The translations under genes were made by a program, and so were the position numbers. From the NCBI RefSeq assembly GCF_009914755.1, contig NC_060942.1: 64,000 bases of DNA; one strand, 5' to 3'. The notes under the pieces are model-generated. The model saw only the letters and a program-made list of their open reading frames with translations, did no database searches and was not told the DNA's origin. Numbering within the stretch: position 1 is the first letter of the stretch; every line of letters starts with the position of its first letter. The DNA is from the human T2T-CHM13v2.0 reference genome, Homo sapiens. This document shows positions 1 through 13,683 of this stretch, piece by piece.

Positions 1-157
1 AAGAACAACAGTCATATCAGATTAGGGCCCACCCTAAAGACCTCATTTTACTTTGATTACTCTATAAAGACTTTCTCCACATAAGGTCACTTTCCGAGGT
101 AATAGGGGTTAAAAGACCATACATCTTTTTAGGGGGACACAATTCAACCCACAATAG
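1..157 (-). mobile_element. MLT1-family (MaLR) LTR fragment, cut by the window edge
   Basis: gattagggcccaccctaaagacctcattt...gggggacacaattcaacccacaa matches the reverse complement of the MLT1 5' end. Confidence 0.8.
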
Positions 158-3100
158 CAACTAAACCTTAAGGTCTCAAGAAGAGGAATTGCCTTATATT
201 CGCACATCCTCTGTTGCACCAAGTGAACTCTACAGCACATAACAAGTTTCTTGGTTGATCAGAAGTACAATGCAGAGCCACAAACATATGGTCTGTCCAG
301 CTCAGGGTCTCATCTCCCATGGAGCTGTAGAGGGCTGGTTTGCGAGAGATTATCATTTAAGAAGTTCTGTCAAAATATGCCCCACTTCCCCCAGTTATAA
401 ACCTCCTCAGTATAAACTGTGAAGTTGGGAAAGCTGACTCAACCATGCTGCTAGTGGAAAAGTTAACATTCCACCCTCAGTCCTCTCACTCCTGAGCTAA
501 CGACTTGCCTGGCCCACAATATCTCTTCCTGAATCAGTTTCCAATTCCAGCCACTCCTAGTCAATGGATCATATTTGTTTTATGCAACTGTTACTTTTAT
601 CTCTTTCATTTCTCCTGTGCAGTCACATCCTGTATTAGATGGGTGTTTTTTCATTTGTCTTGCTCTGTCTTCTTCTAAATGTACTTGCTAGAAAACAATA
701 CACATCTTGAGGGTTTGCTGATGAAATGGAACAAAAGATCTCCAGTAATGCTTAAAGCCTCACTTTGATTATTATTCTCCAGTGTGAAAATTTACAGGGG
801 CTCCCAAGAGCCTACTAGATAAAGCCTATGAGGCCTCCAGGCCATTCTCTATGTACCTTGCCTACCATCTTCCATGATGTACCCACATAAATCCTCTGCA
901 CCAGGACGCAGTCTCCTGATCTTTCCCATCTGGTCTTTCCCATCTCACAGCTGTGAATTTTTTCCATTTCCCAGTTTTCCTACCATCATTGGGATTAATT
1001 CGCACATTTAACCTGGAGATGTTGCTACTTAAGAACACTCAGAAATGAGGAATTTCCTCTTCAGAATTGAGTCAGCTGGCCATATTCTGTCTCTTTGTGA
1101 AGGCCAAACCATTTCATGAATCTAACATGATGCAGTAACCTTTGAAGCTATTCTGAGGATGAAGAATGCATCCAGTTGAACCAGGGCTGACCCACCTCAG
1201 GTCAGAGTGGATCTATCCATCCAGAGCCCAGAAGTCATATAAAAGGCAAGTTTTTGCCCCAAGCCTTCTGAAGGAATGATCCAGTAATGCCTCCAGAGCT
1301 TCCTGAGGCTTGACAAGGGCTTCTTCAGAGCTCCTGAGATACCAAAGCTGGCTTTACATTATCTCTGTGAGTCCCTGAAGCCTCCCAGGACTTCCAAAGA
1401 AATCAACAGCCCTCCAGTATATGCTAATGCAATGAGGGTTCAGAAAAAGTTCAAGACACCTCTCTAGATATCCTTATTTGATTTGCCCCCTTTTTCTTGT
1501 GGTATGAGCAGCAGAAACCCAGTTCTATCTTGTCCCTAGGGGACAAGAGGTTTTCTTCATCAATCTCATGGGAATTGAGTATATATCAATAAGTATAAAG
1601 TCTCAGTGATAACTCACGGGGATCCTGAGGGGTCTGACCAGAAGCCGAGTTTTGAAATGATGTGTAGTCTTCATCGAAGACCATGTATGTCCATCATGAA
1701 TCTGACAGAAATTTTACCCTGAGATTTGTGTCTCTTCTCTCATGAATGTATCAGAGTTAAACCCAGATGTACTTCCAAGAATAAGGGCCCAGGGTCTGCC
1801 CTTAGGGAAGTAATGATGCTGAAGATTCCATGCTGTTGCTCTCTCAAAAGGAAAAGCAGTTTGCAGAGATGGAAAGAAAAAGGACTCTGCAGTTTGATAG
1901 ACCAGATTTCTACTTTGGGTTCCAACTTTTTACTAGCTCTGACCTCAGGCAAAATAGTTCAGATATCTAAGCCTCAATGTCCTCTTCAGAGAAATGGAAA
2001 CAATCATGATATGAAGCAGGGAGCAAAAATAAATCCCAGAACTCCATGGTTTTCATTCTTCTAGGTAAAGGCAAGGCTGTGACTGCCCTATAAGCTAATA
2101 AGAGCAGACCCCAACTCCTGGTGTGGGATTAGTGGTTAGCACTGAGCCAGCCAGGTGGGGAGGAGGAAGCCCAGCCCTGCACTCTCTCTGCTGTCTAGGT
2201 TGGGTTTGAAGCTGATGAGTGTTTAGGACAGCTCTAGCAGCAGAAGAGTGAAGACGAGGCAGCAGAACAGCTAGTGTCCCCTTGGCTGTGGAGCAGGACA
2301 TGGTGCCTCACGTGGAGCTGGCTTTCACAGATGAACGAACAGGAGACTGGGGAGGCAATTGCCACCGTGTGCTGTGGTGGCAACATGACTTGTAATGAGG
2401 GCTCCTCAGAAGTCGTGTTCTCACATGGGAGGATGCAGGAAGAAGTGTGTTCCCTCCCAGCCGCCAACTGTACCCACAGGGCACCGGAAGGAGTTTCACT
2501 CTCAGCACTGGGCCCTGCAGCCAACCTCACAAAATGCTTTTTGGAGTTTGCCAACAGGGAAGCTTGGGCTGCAGCTGCAGCAGCAGGTGCTGGCTGCCAG
2601 GTTCCCTGTGGCAACGCAGTGTACGCCAGGTTAGCAGCTTAGCCTTGGAGAAATGGCCTCCATCTCGGATGCCTGTGGCCCAAAGCATGGAGCGGAGCTG
2701 CGTTTCCCCATGGTGGGAAGATAATGACTGCGCTGGTTTTTATGGGGCATTATATAACCTCAACGAGTGGTTCAGCAGTAGCAGTGGCTTTAAGAGGGTA
2801 TGGAAGATTGTAACATGCTTGTTGTTTTTTGTTCGAGGGATTTTTTTTCACTTTTGTTGTCATCATTCAGTCTGATTCATTATCATTCATGGGTTTGCTC
2901 AGGCCCTTGGCTAATACTTTTTTATGACTCCAGGAGGGCATTGCTTCTGGCCACATGATAACTCAAGTCTGCATTTGTATGTTTTGCAGGAAGATTCATA
3001 TCTAGGATCTTAATTTGGGCCTCTCTATGAAATAGAAAGAACAAGAGAGAGACAGATTAGGAATTGCTAACCTGTTCTGTTTGATGTGCAGACTGAGGCT

Positions 3101-4019
3101 CAGAGAGTGACCTGCATTGTTGCATACCATGCCTGTTCTGGAGCTAGGACCCCAGATCAGATCTTCTGAGTCTCACTGCCTTATTCTTTCCAATCTACCA
3201 TGCTGCTCATGCCTCCTGCTAGCCCTGTGTTTTTGTTTCCAGTTGGCAGTGGACTGTTTAATCACGTGTCCTTTCCTCTGATCGGTTGTGGTCTTGCCTT
3301 TGGTACACAGATCAATGCCTGTTAACCACAGTTCCTCGCCTGGGAGGTTCTGTTACTGAGCACAACTGGAGGAAAAAGAAAGGAAAAACCCTGAGTTATA
3401 AAAGCATCTCTGCCTGTGCACCATGCCCCTTTACTCCATGCGCTCTCCTGCACTGCAGGCCCCATCTCCATCTGCTTCTATCCCACCCCACGAAGCTTGT
3501 TTTGACATGAACTGCTGTGGCTCTTGGAGATTCAGGCTAAGTGAGACATCAAGGGTGGCTTAACTCCTGGACCCAAAAGCATGTTGGTTAAACATCATCT
3601 GATGCCTTTGCCTCCATCATATTGGTAAATTCACGCTCTAGTAGATGGTTAACTTTTAATTCTTCTCAATTTAGGAGGAAGCATAGGCCTGGGAAATTCC
3701 TAAAAGCTGATAATCCCCAGTTACTTTTGTAAATTACATATGTGCACCCACACACACAAATGCTTCCTATAGTGTTTTTCTGTAACTTCTTAGGAACTTG
3801 ACAGTGATATGTGTCATGACATTTTTTGGATTAAGCAGGTGTTAAAATGTGTTTACATTCCTTAAATAAATAACTAAGCACATACAAAGGCATCGCAGAC
3901 ATTTTTCCAAAACATAATGCTGAGGCAGCACGTATCTTTGATGGTTCTCATTGGTGTTACTATGAAAATGATTTCTAGAATTTCTCCTCTTAATTTACAA
4001 CTAACTGAAAACAATGACA

Positions 4020-4225
4020 GTAATACTAGCAAATACTAATTGGGCATTTACCATGAGCCAGACATTGTGCTTAATACTATGCATTTATAAATAAATACTC
4101 ATGTTTTATTCATTCCTTACGACAACTCTGTAAAGTTGGACACTACTAATATTTACAGATGAGAAAATTCAGGCTTAAGGGGATTAAGTAATTTCTCGAG
4201 GTCATGGTTGTCATAGCTGGTGCGG
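4020..4225 (-). mobile_element. MIR SINE
   Basis: tttacagatgagaaaattcaggcttaagggg..taagtaattt core. Confidence 0.7.
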
Positions 4226-5354
4226 ACTTATTCTGGAGTCTAAAGGAAAGCAAAGTTCTAATTTTAAAAGGCAAATGATAATTTTATAACTGGATATTGA
4301 TAGGATTACATATGATATTCAGTAAGAAGACATAATTCATGTGATCAAGTGAAATCAAACAATTTACTGATATGGATGCTGTGGGGATGCCAAAGAAATA
4401 CGCAGCACAGTTCTAGGATTAAAGAGTCTACAATCTGTTAAGGGTAAATAAGATATAAACACGTGAAAACATAAATCACAAATGATGATTCTGATTTGCT
4501 TGGAACAGGACTACGTTGTTAGAATCATAGACTCCCAGGGTACAAGAAACTTGTACTCCAGGGATGTATGTTGTGTCACTAACATGCACCACCTATCAGA
4601 CCTGAGATGGGCCCCCCGATAAAGATCTGGTCAGTGATTAAACAAATAAACCAGCAAGATCGTCTAGATAAATCTCCTCTCTGGTGCAGGAATTCTCAAA
4701 GCAGCAGCCCCAGGGCTTCAGAGAGACTAGGGCAGCCTGTGCCATCTTATAGCAAGGGTGCATTCAAAGTGCTGATCCAAGACAGCAAGATAAGGAAAGG
4801 GTGTCTCAGTGGAAATCACCATGCTGCTTCCTTCATCCACAGAGTCTCACTAGGAAAAAATGTAACTGCTGCGCTGAACAGCCTGCTCAGCATAATACTT
4901 GATTTACACACAGGTGTAGCCTCTCTTTCTCTCAGGGGCCAGGTAATTGTCTGCTGACCAACAGCCAGTTTGCTAACCAGGCTTTGTGCTATTCTAGAGC
5001 TATGCATGTGAGTTCCAATAGTCTTCTAAAACCTACTCCCCAGGCGTGGCTGCCCCTGCATGTGCATTGGCTCTTTGCACTGCCCCATGAGTCAGACCAC
5101 CTAGTTCTGAATGCCACCTCTGTCCAGCTGTGTGATCTTGAGCAATCAGTCTCAGAAGATGAAAGATGGAGATAATCTGAATTAAAGAAAATAATCCATA
5201 GAAAATGCCCAACTCATAGTAAGACTTTGTACCTGGTAGCTCTTATTGCTGTGGTTGTCGATGATGTTGTTAGAAACTCTAGAGAAGTTTCTTTAAAAAA
5301 AGAAAAGATCCTAGTAAAATAAAGATCTTACCTTATATTGAGGGCTCAAGAAAT

Positions 5355-5960
5355 GTTAGAAGAGGGACTTCTTCATAATTCTCCAGGCTTGACCCAGGGG
5401 AGTTGAAGAGAGACAGACAGAATCCTGGTGTGATACAATGCAGTCAGGATTTGTTTGAATCATATATGGTAAGAGATGCACTATGGAATGACCGTCATGA
5501 AGGAAGAGTTTTTTATACTCACAGTATTCCTGGGAACAGGAGGCATGGCACACCAGGCAGGGCCACTGGGGGAAGAACTAGGTCAATCAAGAGGCAAAAG
5601 GATGAAGGGAAAGTGGGGACAAAAACCTGTATTGTGGTTATCATGGGATGGAATCGGGGAGGCTGGGGAGGCAGATTTCGGATTGGCTAGTCGGAATAAT
5701 TTCAGGGGCCTCCAGGGTGTAGAGATTGCCCCCAGTTGTCTGGTACCTTGCCCTGGGGTGGTGTGAGTGTGGGGAATAGTGACTCATCCTGTGAGAGCCT
5801 CATAAAGGAACTGGTTGGTAGATGTGGGCTCTGGATTGGTTCTTTTGCATGTGAAAGATGCATTCTCAAGGGAGTCCTTTGCTAGCTCTAGGAATTCACT
5901 AGCCCTGGGAGGAGCCATCTCTCCAGGATCAGCAGGATTTGTCAAAGCATCATAAAATAC
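5355..5960. mobile_element. Probable old ERV LTR-like dispersed repeat (family not assigned)
   Basis: ~600-bp TG...CA-bounded block resembling ERVL/MER-type LTRs. Recognition is tentative. Confidence 0.35.
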
Positions 5961-5967
5961 AGGAAGT

Positions 5968-6325
5968 AAAAGAAAATGTGGTATATATGCACACATACAA
6001 TGGAATACTACTCAGCCATAAAAAAAATAAAATCATGTCTTTTGCAGCAAAATGGATGGAACTACCAGCCATTATCTTAAATGAAGTAACTCAGAATCAG
6101 AAAGTCAAATACTGCCTGTTCTCTATGATAAACAAGAGCTAAATAATATGTACACATGGACATAGATTGTGGACTGATAGACATTGAGGACTTGAAAGGG
6201 TGGGTGAGTGGGAGAGGGACGAGGGATGAAAAATTACCACTAAAAGCCCAGACTTCACCATTACAGAGTATAGCCATGTCATAAAGCTATACTTTGTAAC
6301 TCCTAGATTTAGTCAAATGTTTTAA
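5968..6325 (+). mobile_element. L1MA-type LINE 3' fragment
   Basis: aaaatgtggtatat...aatggaatactactcagccataaaaa...gcagcaaaatggatggaact (ORF2 end) followed by an L1MA-like 3'UTR. Confidence 0.85.
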
Positions 6326-6605
6326 AATACATGCATAATACACTTGGCACTGCAGTCCTGGAAGGCGACAGGAGTAGAGTCAGTACTTAGGAAAGGCAAG
6401 GTGATGGCTTTGTCAAGCTCACAACCACCTCACACAAACTCCAGGTTGAGCCCCGTGGTGTCTGCACAGTAGAGAGCAGGATGCTGAGTCTGTGCCAGCC
6501 CCAGGCCCTGCAGCCTCCTGCCATTCCTGGAGGCTGAGATAACATGGGGGGACCCAGAGCTCACCTCCTTGGCCCCACCCTGCCTACCTGCTCTACCTTT
6601 GATAA

Positions 6606-7074
<469 letters not shown>

Positions 7075-7984
7075 CTGACTGTTTCTGAGCAGCAGCCACT
7101 GAGCGGCTGTGCCCTGTGTCAGTTCCCAGGCATCCCCAATCCTGACATGAAGTCTGAAGCTCTGATGGTTGTGGTTGACAGACAAAACTCACCCACCATG
7201 TTTCTTTCTGCTGTGTTTTTAAATTTACTTTCAGGAAAAGGCATGTGGTGTCCAAGACACTTGGGAATACACAGATGTGTTTAAACAACTTGGTTTCTTC
7301 TCAGGTTCTGCCTTAATTCAATAATCCATTCACTCTTTCATTCAATAAGCAAAGGATGTTCGGCAGAAAAAAAAAATTCTGAATTCTGAGACAGTACAGC
7401 AAAATGAATCATTGAGCATTGGGACTCAAATTCTCCAAGGTGGGAGGGCTGTGGAAAGCCAGTGCCTGCTGTACAATCAGCAGCCAGAATGTAGGCTGAG
7501 GGAGGTAGTAAAACAGCCTGTGCCCATCCATTAAGAAACAGCTGAGCTTCATAGGGAAAGCTTGTCCATAGCAAGGAGGTGGAGATCAGAGGAATCGGTT
7601 TCAGCCCAGGCCATCTAGTTAGGACTGGTTTAGTTTGTGGGCCACAGACTCCCTCTAGCTCTGACCTGCCACCCTGCAGGAAAGAAGCAAAGGAGGAGGA
7701 ATCTGTGCTGGTGACTCAGGGCACATTCCCCAGCAAGGGAGAAATAATTCAGATTACATCCTCCTGCTGTTGGATCAGGGCAGCGCATTTCAATTTAAGC
7801 CCATACAGCCAGAGACAGGTTCATGTAGAATGGAATAAATTAATAAATATGCTGTTGTTTAACTGGGAAAGTGCTCTGGCCTAGGGACGGCTTGCTGAAT
7901 TTCCTCCTGGCACACACTCAGGAAACAAAAACATCGAGGGAACTCAATGTCTGATTCTTGACAGGGTCAAGAAACAAGGACCGT

Positions 7985-8235
7985 ATGGCATTGTTTAGTG
8001 GTTAAGACTTTGTAGCCAGGTTGCATGCATTCAAAATCTGACCCTACCACCTACTAGTTGTGGTAATAAAGGGTGAATCACTTACCTTCTCTGTGCCTCA
8101 GTTTCCTCCTCCATAAAATGAGAATGAATATAATGCTCCAACAAATAGACTTGTTGTATTAAATGATATTTAAATAAATAATAATTAATAATTAAATAAT
8201 ACATGAAAAGGTCTTAGAGAGTGCCTTAGCATGAT
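7985..8235 (+). mobile_element. MIR SINE
   Basis: tagtggttaagact...ctctgtgcctcagtttcctcctccataaaatg core. Confidence 0.75.
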
Positions 8236-10060
8236 GTACCTGCAATTGAAGTCTTGGCTATACCTATTACCAGCACAGTGTGTGAGATAAAGAGTTTCAG
8301 GAACTGGAATGCATGCTTCAAACAGCCAGTGGGGTGCCTGCTCCGGACTCTCTGCCTCCACATCAGGGGATTCCTGATCAGTGGCGAGCATGCCAGGGCT
8401 TGGGGAGGATGTTCTTGGAGCTAGATCAACTTGCCCTAGATTTTTCAGGGTCCAAGGCACAGTGAGTAGAAAGGAATGACCCCAAACCTGGCCAGAGCAG
8501 AAGAGGGGGAGCCTCAACAATGAGATGGAGTAGGTATCAAGGTACTAGAATAAAATCAACTTCTCAAAAGTCGTATTTCCACTCTCTACTCTAGGGGTCT
8601 GGGCAAGATGGGTTGTTCCACCAGGTGAGGTGTGTCAGGCCATCTCACATTTTGGCCCCAATTCAGAAACCTGCCCCCTCTGCCAGATCTATGGATTGGC
8701 AACTGCTGCCTAGGTCTTGATCTACCTTTACCTCCATCACCATGAAATCTTCACCTAAGAACCTAACTACAGTGAATAGGTATAAGGTGCTTAGAAGCAC
8801 ACTTAACCTTTCGCAGGGCCTTAAAATACAACAGACATGCACCTGCCTTTCTCGGGTGACCCTCAGCATGCCTCCAAACATCCACTCATGCCCCAAGCCT
8901 GATAAAACTGGCAGAAGGTCAGAGGGTTTTTAGAGATGTCTAAACATCTCACAAACGTGTTTGTGAGAAGTAAGAGAAGAATATTGGATTACACTTTATG
9001 CCTGTGCATCTACCTTTATCAATGTTTCACACCAACAAGCACATGTGTGATAAAAGGCAATGAGGGAGGGAGTCAGTGGCAAAATTGTGTTATAGAAACT
9101 ATCTTGGGGTGAACAGAGAAAAATAGATCATAAGTATGACATACATATGCCCATAAATCATTTCTTTTACAGAGAGAAGGATAAGAGATTTGACATTTAG
9201 TCATGGGGATATTCCGTTCTTGAGTTACATGCTCTTACAAGATGTCACATGTATTCAGTCCTCATAATTACCATATGAGAAGAAGTATTACCATTTTACA
9301 CTTCAGAAAACTGAGGCCAAAAGTCCTACATGCAGCCTCCACCCACAAGGAGGTTCCTTCCTAAACGGACAATCCACCCTAGCATCACTGAAAGAAAACA
9401 AACAACAAAAGAAAATACAGCCCGTACATGATAGAGCTGACCAGCTACTTTATTTTGCTTTCTAGAGGCAAACAATTAGTTTGAGCTGTTGCCGAATTTC
9501 ATATGAACGGGGCTGGTGAGGGTGGGGGAGGTTTTCCCTTATACACTATTTTAGGAAAACTCATGATTGAATGTAATTTCTGCAGCTGCCATTAGAAAGC
9601 AGGATGGCAGCCACAGCGTCTAGGAGAACAGCAGGGCGGGCTAAGCCAGGGTGCAACTGAGAAACCCAGGGAAGAGAGCAGAGCCCATGCCCTAAAGTGA
9701 CACCAAGGTCAGGACCCAGCCCATAGAGAAAGTGGTGGGGGAGAGTGTGGACCCCTTCAGCCCCCACCTAGGAAGGGGGAGCATCCCACAGAGTTCCCTG
9801 TCGCGGCGGAACCTTCTGTATCTTTGTTCTCTCTCCGCCACGGCTTGTAAGTATTAGCCTGATGTTGTTTACTTCTTCTCCCAATCTCTCCAAGGAATAT
9901 GATTCACACGTTTTCAGATTTATTTGAACAAAATGCAATAAATATGCTGCTTCAATTTTAACTGCTGGCCTGTAGCCAGGGTTTTTAATGAATCTGGCCT
10001 GTGCTACTGAAGTGTTCCAGGATCTCCAGGGCTCTGGGCACTGTGAGATTATACACATTG

Positions 10061-10063
10061 GTG

Positions 10064-10102
<39 letters not shown>

Positions 10103-10104
10103 AG
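10061..10104. repeat. (GC)n(AC)14(AG)n compound microsatellite
   Basis: gtgcgcgcgc followed by ac x14 and agagag. Confidence 0.95.
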
Positions 10105-12660
10105 CTCTCACTCCACCCCCACCCCTACCTCCCCACCTCCCCACCTCCTATTCCCTGGAGGGCCAGTGACTCACAGTCAACGGCAGGTTTTCAGAGCCGA
10201 CTCTGGTAAAAATTAGCAGGAGCCTTTTATTGTTCAAGGAGAGGAAGGACTCCTCCGTCTCCTTTCACGGCTGCGTGGAAGTGTCATCTTTTAATTTTTC
10301 CCCCTCCATTGGAATTGCTGTACCCACCTCTAAAAACTGCCATCATCAGCCTTTTTGTCTCGTCCTTTGTTTTCTTGCAAATGGTCACTAGACCGGGCCC
10401 AGCCTGTGGGGACTTCCATATAAAAACAGCTGGCTATGGAGGCTTAATGTGGAGATAAAAGGACTCTGAATTGATTTTCACCACAACCACACAGCCAGTG
10501 CTCCAGGCTTTGGAGAGCTAGAAAAAAAACAGGAAGAGGGACCCAGGCCAAGGTGGTCTGGGCACGACACACTTTCTCAGAAGGAGTGGAAGGAGGATGA
10601 AACTGGCTGACAGCAGACCTGAGGCACACAACTCCAGACCCCACCCTCCAGTAAATATGGCCAACATAGGGCAAAACTGTGGACTCTGCAAAATGTGTCC
10701 CCTTGGGTGGCCCCAGCCTCTTTTGGCAGGAAAATGATCACTAAGACCCCCTCCAGCTCTAAGGACCTGCAACTCCAAAGTCCTGTGCCCACTGTGAACA
10801 CTTAGCTGCATTATGGATTGGCATCTGAGAAACTCCTCCGAAGGAAGGGACCTTTGCAGGGAAGGGCAATTTTAGGGACTGGGATATGGTTTTCCACTGG
10901 TGACAGAGACAAAGAGGTGGCTGTAAAGGTGGCTATCAATGTTTTGGCAAGTGCTGCCTCGTTACTAATGAACACTGCCACCTAATTTGTTTCTTTTAAA
11001 GTGCAAACCATGGTCTGATCTTTTTCCATTATGACCAGTGACTTTTATTGATGTCAGAAGCCCCTATGTGTTCCTCTTGTCTTCGAATTACTCTCAAAAG
11101 CAAATCACACATTGCTCTGCAGGAGTCTGCCCACCACACTGCGTCCCTACCTCACTTTAGCACGTTCCCTAATGGGGCCTTCACAGTCATTAGGCAAAAT
11201 AAGCAAAGAAACTGCAAAGTTAGGAACCTGGGCAGGAAAATCACATGAAAGTCCTGGCTGCTCTCAGTGAGTTGGTAAGAGGACCAGGGTGCAGAGGTCT
11301 GAGTTGGGACAGTGTCACCAACAATGTAGTATGACTTCTGGGAGTCTCAGTTTCCTCATCAGTGGAATATTGGAATCCACTTAATGATCCTTCCCAGTCC
11401 TGATAGTCTGGGATTCTAACATCTGGGCTACAGATTTTGAGTGATTCTCCCTTACCACATCTGACCCTCCATTTCAGAATTAAAGACACTCACAGTTAAA
11501 CACCTCCTCTGTTTTTCACTTTCTTTAAATGGGAAATGGAATAATAAATAGCCCTTATTTCTACTGTGAATCCTCAAATCATAAAAATTGAATTCTCTTA
11601 TTTATAATATTTATAGACTTGTAAAACATTCCTTATGCAGACTGAGAAAAATTACCATCTTGTTTTCATTTCAAATGGTAGTGTTAGTTGTGTGGTTTTG
11701 TATGTGTTGAGCTGTTCTTGTCTGTGCCCTTTACCAAACACTGTGTACTTCCATTAAACACATATGTGTTGATCATGTGACCTCTCACTAGCCCTTTGCT
11801 GGGTGGACGCTCTTGGAAACATATGAGAAATATATGACATTGTCTCTTTCCTCAACTTACTAATTATCGTATTGGGAAGTCAGGATTGTTATGTGTAACA
11901 GTAATAATGTTAAAATAACAGCATGCTAGTTAGGAGCCAGGTGATGTGTTATGTACTGGATAGATTTTTACTTCATTGAAGCCTCACAACAAATTCCTTA
12001 AGATATCTCATTTTATTCCCATTTTACAGACAGGGGATCTAAGGCTTAAGTTAATTTTTCTGCTCAAAACAGAGCAGTGGTTAAAGATGTATCTGATTGA
12101 TTCTATGAATTCGAAATGTCATGTGGCTAAGTATTAAACTGATTACGAGCAAAATTTACGGAGCTATGGCATAGGCTCATGCTCCCTGCAAGGTCACGGA
12201 TGTGGAAGTTCTGAGTAAGGGAGGTTACCTGCTCCTGATTAGGAATGAGCAGGAAGGAACCTAGGACAATGGAGAGGAGGCACTGATCCAGAGGTGAGAA
12301 GGAGAGTATAGACTCCTAATGAGAGATTTTCAAACAAACACTGGAAAACCATTGGCTTGCCACCCCACCATGTCTTCAATAACAGACAAGCCTTTGATGA
12401 CACCACTGGAGACAGGAAGCCTCCACCTGCTCAAGCCTAGAACCCAGGAACTCTCTAGGCTGGATGTCCTTCAAGCACATTTTTGGCTTGACAAAAGGGC
12501 TGCCCTCAGATAACTTTGATGATTTTAAAAATGATACTTTTAAAAACAAACACATTCCACATATTACATAACCAAGGCTGGAAAAAATAATGTTTTACTG
12601 TCAAGTTTGTTAGTTGGGAAATGTAATAATTTCCAGGTTTGGGGAATACAGTCGGGGAAT

Positions 12661-12800
12661 TTCTTTTTACTTGACAAATAAAAATTATATATATTTATCC
12701 TGTACAACATGTTGTTTTGAAACATGTATATATTGTGGAATGGCTAAATCGAGCTAATTAACATACATTGACTCATGTATTTATCGTTTTTTGTGAGTAA
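12661..12800 (-). mobile_element. Old L1MA 3'-end fragment
   Basis: ttgacaaataaaaattatatatattt..gtacaacatgttgttttgaaa..attgtggaatggctaaatcgagctaattaacata. Confidence 0.7.
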
Positions 12801-13485
12801 TTTTTTTAAATCTCTTTAAAAGTCTGGCATTTGCCTCATTGGCAATTCTTGACTATTTCATTTGCTCTCTGAATCCTGGTTTCAGCTTCCTTTCTTCTCT
12901 TTGGGAAGCTTAATTCTCAGGTTCCTGTCAAACCTGACAGTTATTTTTTAGCTCTGAGTACATGGATGTTTTCCATAGTTGTGGCCTAATTGCACATTCA
13001 GTCAGAATTGGTATTTTTTTTTCAACAGGTTCTGCAACTTCTTAATCCCACATTAGGCCATTACCTGTTTGAACCCAGGGCTAACTAAACAGAATTAAGA
13101 AACAAGCCATTTGTTGACAAGAATTTTTTTTTATACCTTTACCTAAAGGACATGCATAAAAAACACCTCTCATTCTCTCTGCCGGTTTTTGGAGTCCACA
13201 CACTAAATTGTCAATTGTATTTCCAGTGGCCATGGGAAAGGAAAGCTGCTTAAGAAAAAGCACCTACCATAGAGACTTGGGTTCAAGTTCCTTGTAACAT
13301 TTAGTTGTGAGACCTTTGAATGCTTCTGAACATTTCAGCCTCATTTTCCTTATGTATAAAATATGGTTGGTATTATCTACCTCCCAGGGTTGTGGCAGGT
13401 TGAGATTTAAAGTTACTCATATAATCGTTTGGTCTTCAGCTGTGGACAGTTAGTTGGTCCTGAAATAACCAAAGGGACTTTGTTA

Positions 13486-13683
<198 letters not shown>

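Noticed and set aside
920-945. Direct repeat tctttcccatct x2
   Set aside because: Simple local duplication with no array structure or functional signal.
2050-2070. Polypyrimidine TAG|GTAAAG as a recursive splice site
   Set aside because: Donor is weak; such motifs are common by chance.
2234-2875. Cluster of 120-140 aa ORFs on both strands
   Set aside because: No recognisable protein, mostly non-ATG starts and no convincing exon boundaries; better explained as GC-rich non-coding sequence.
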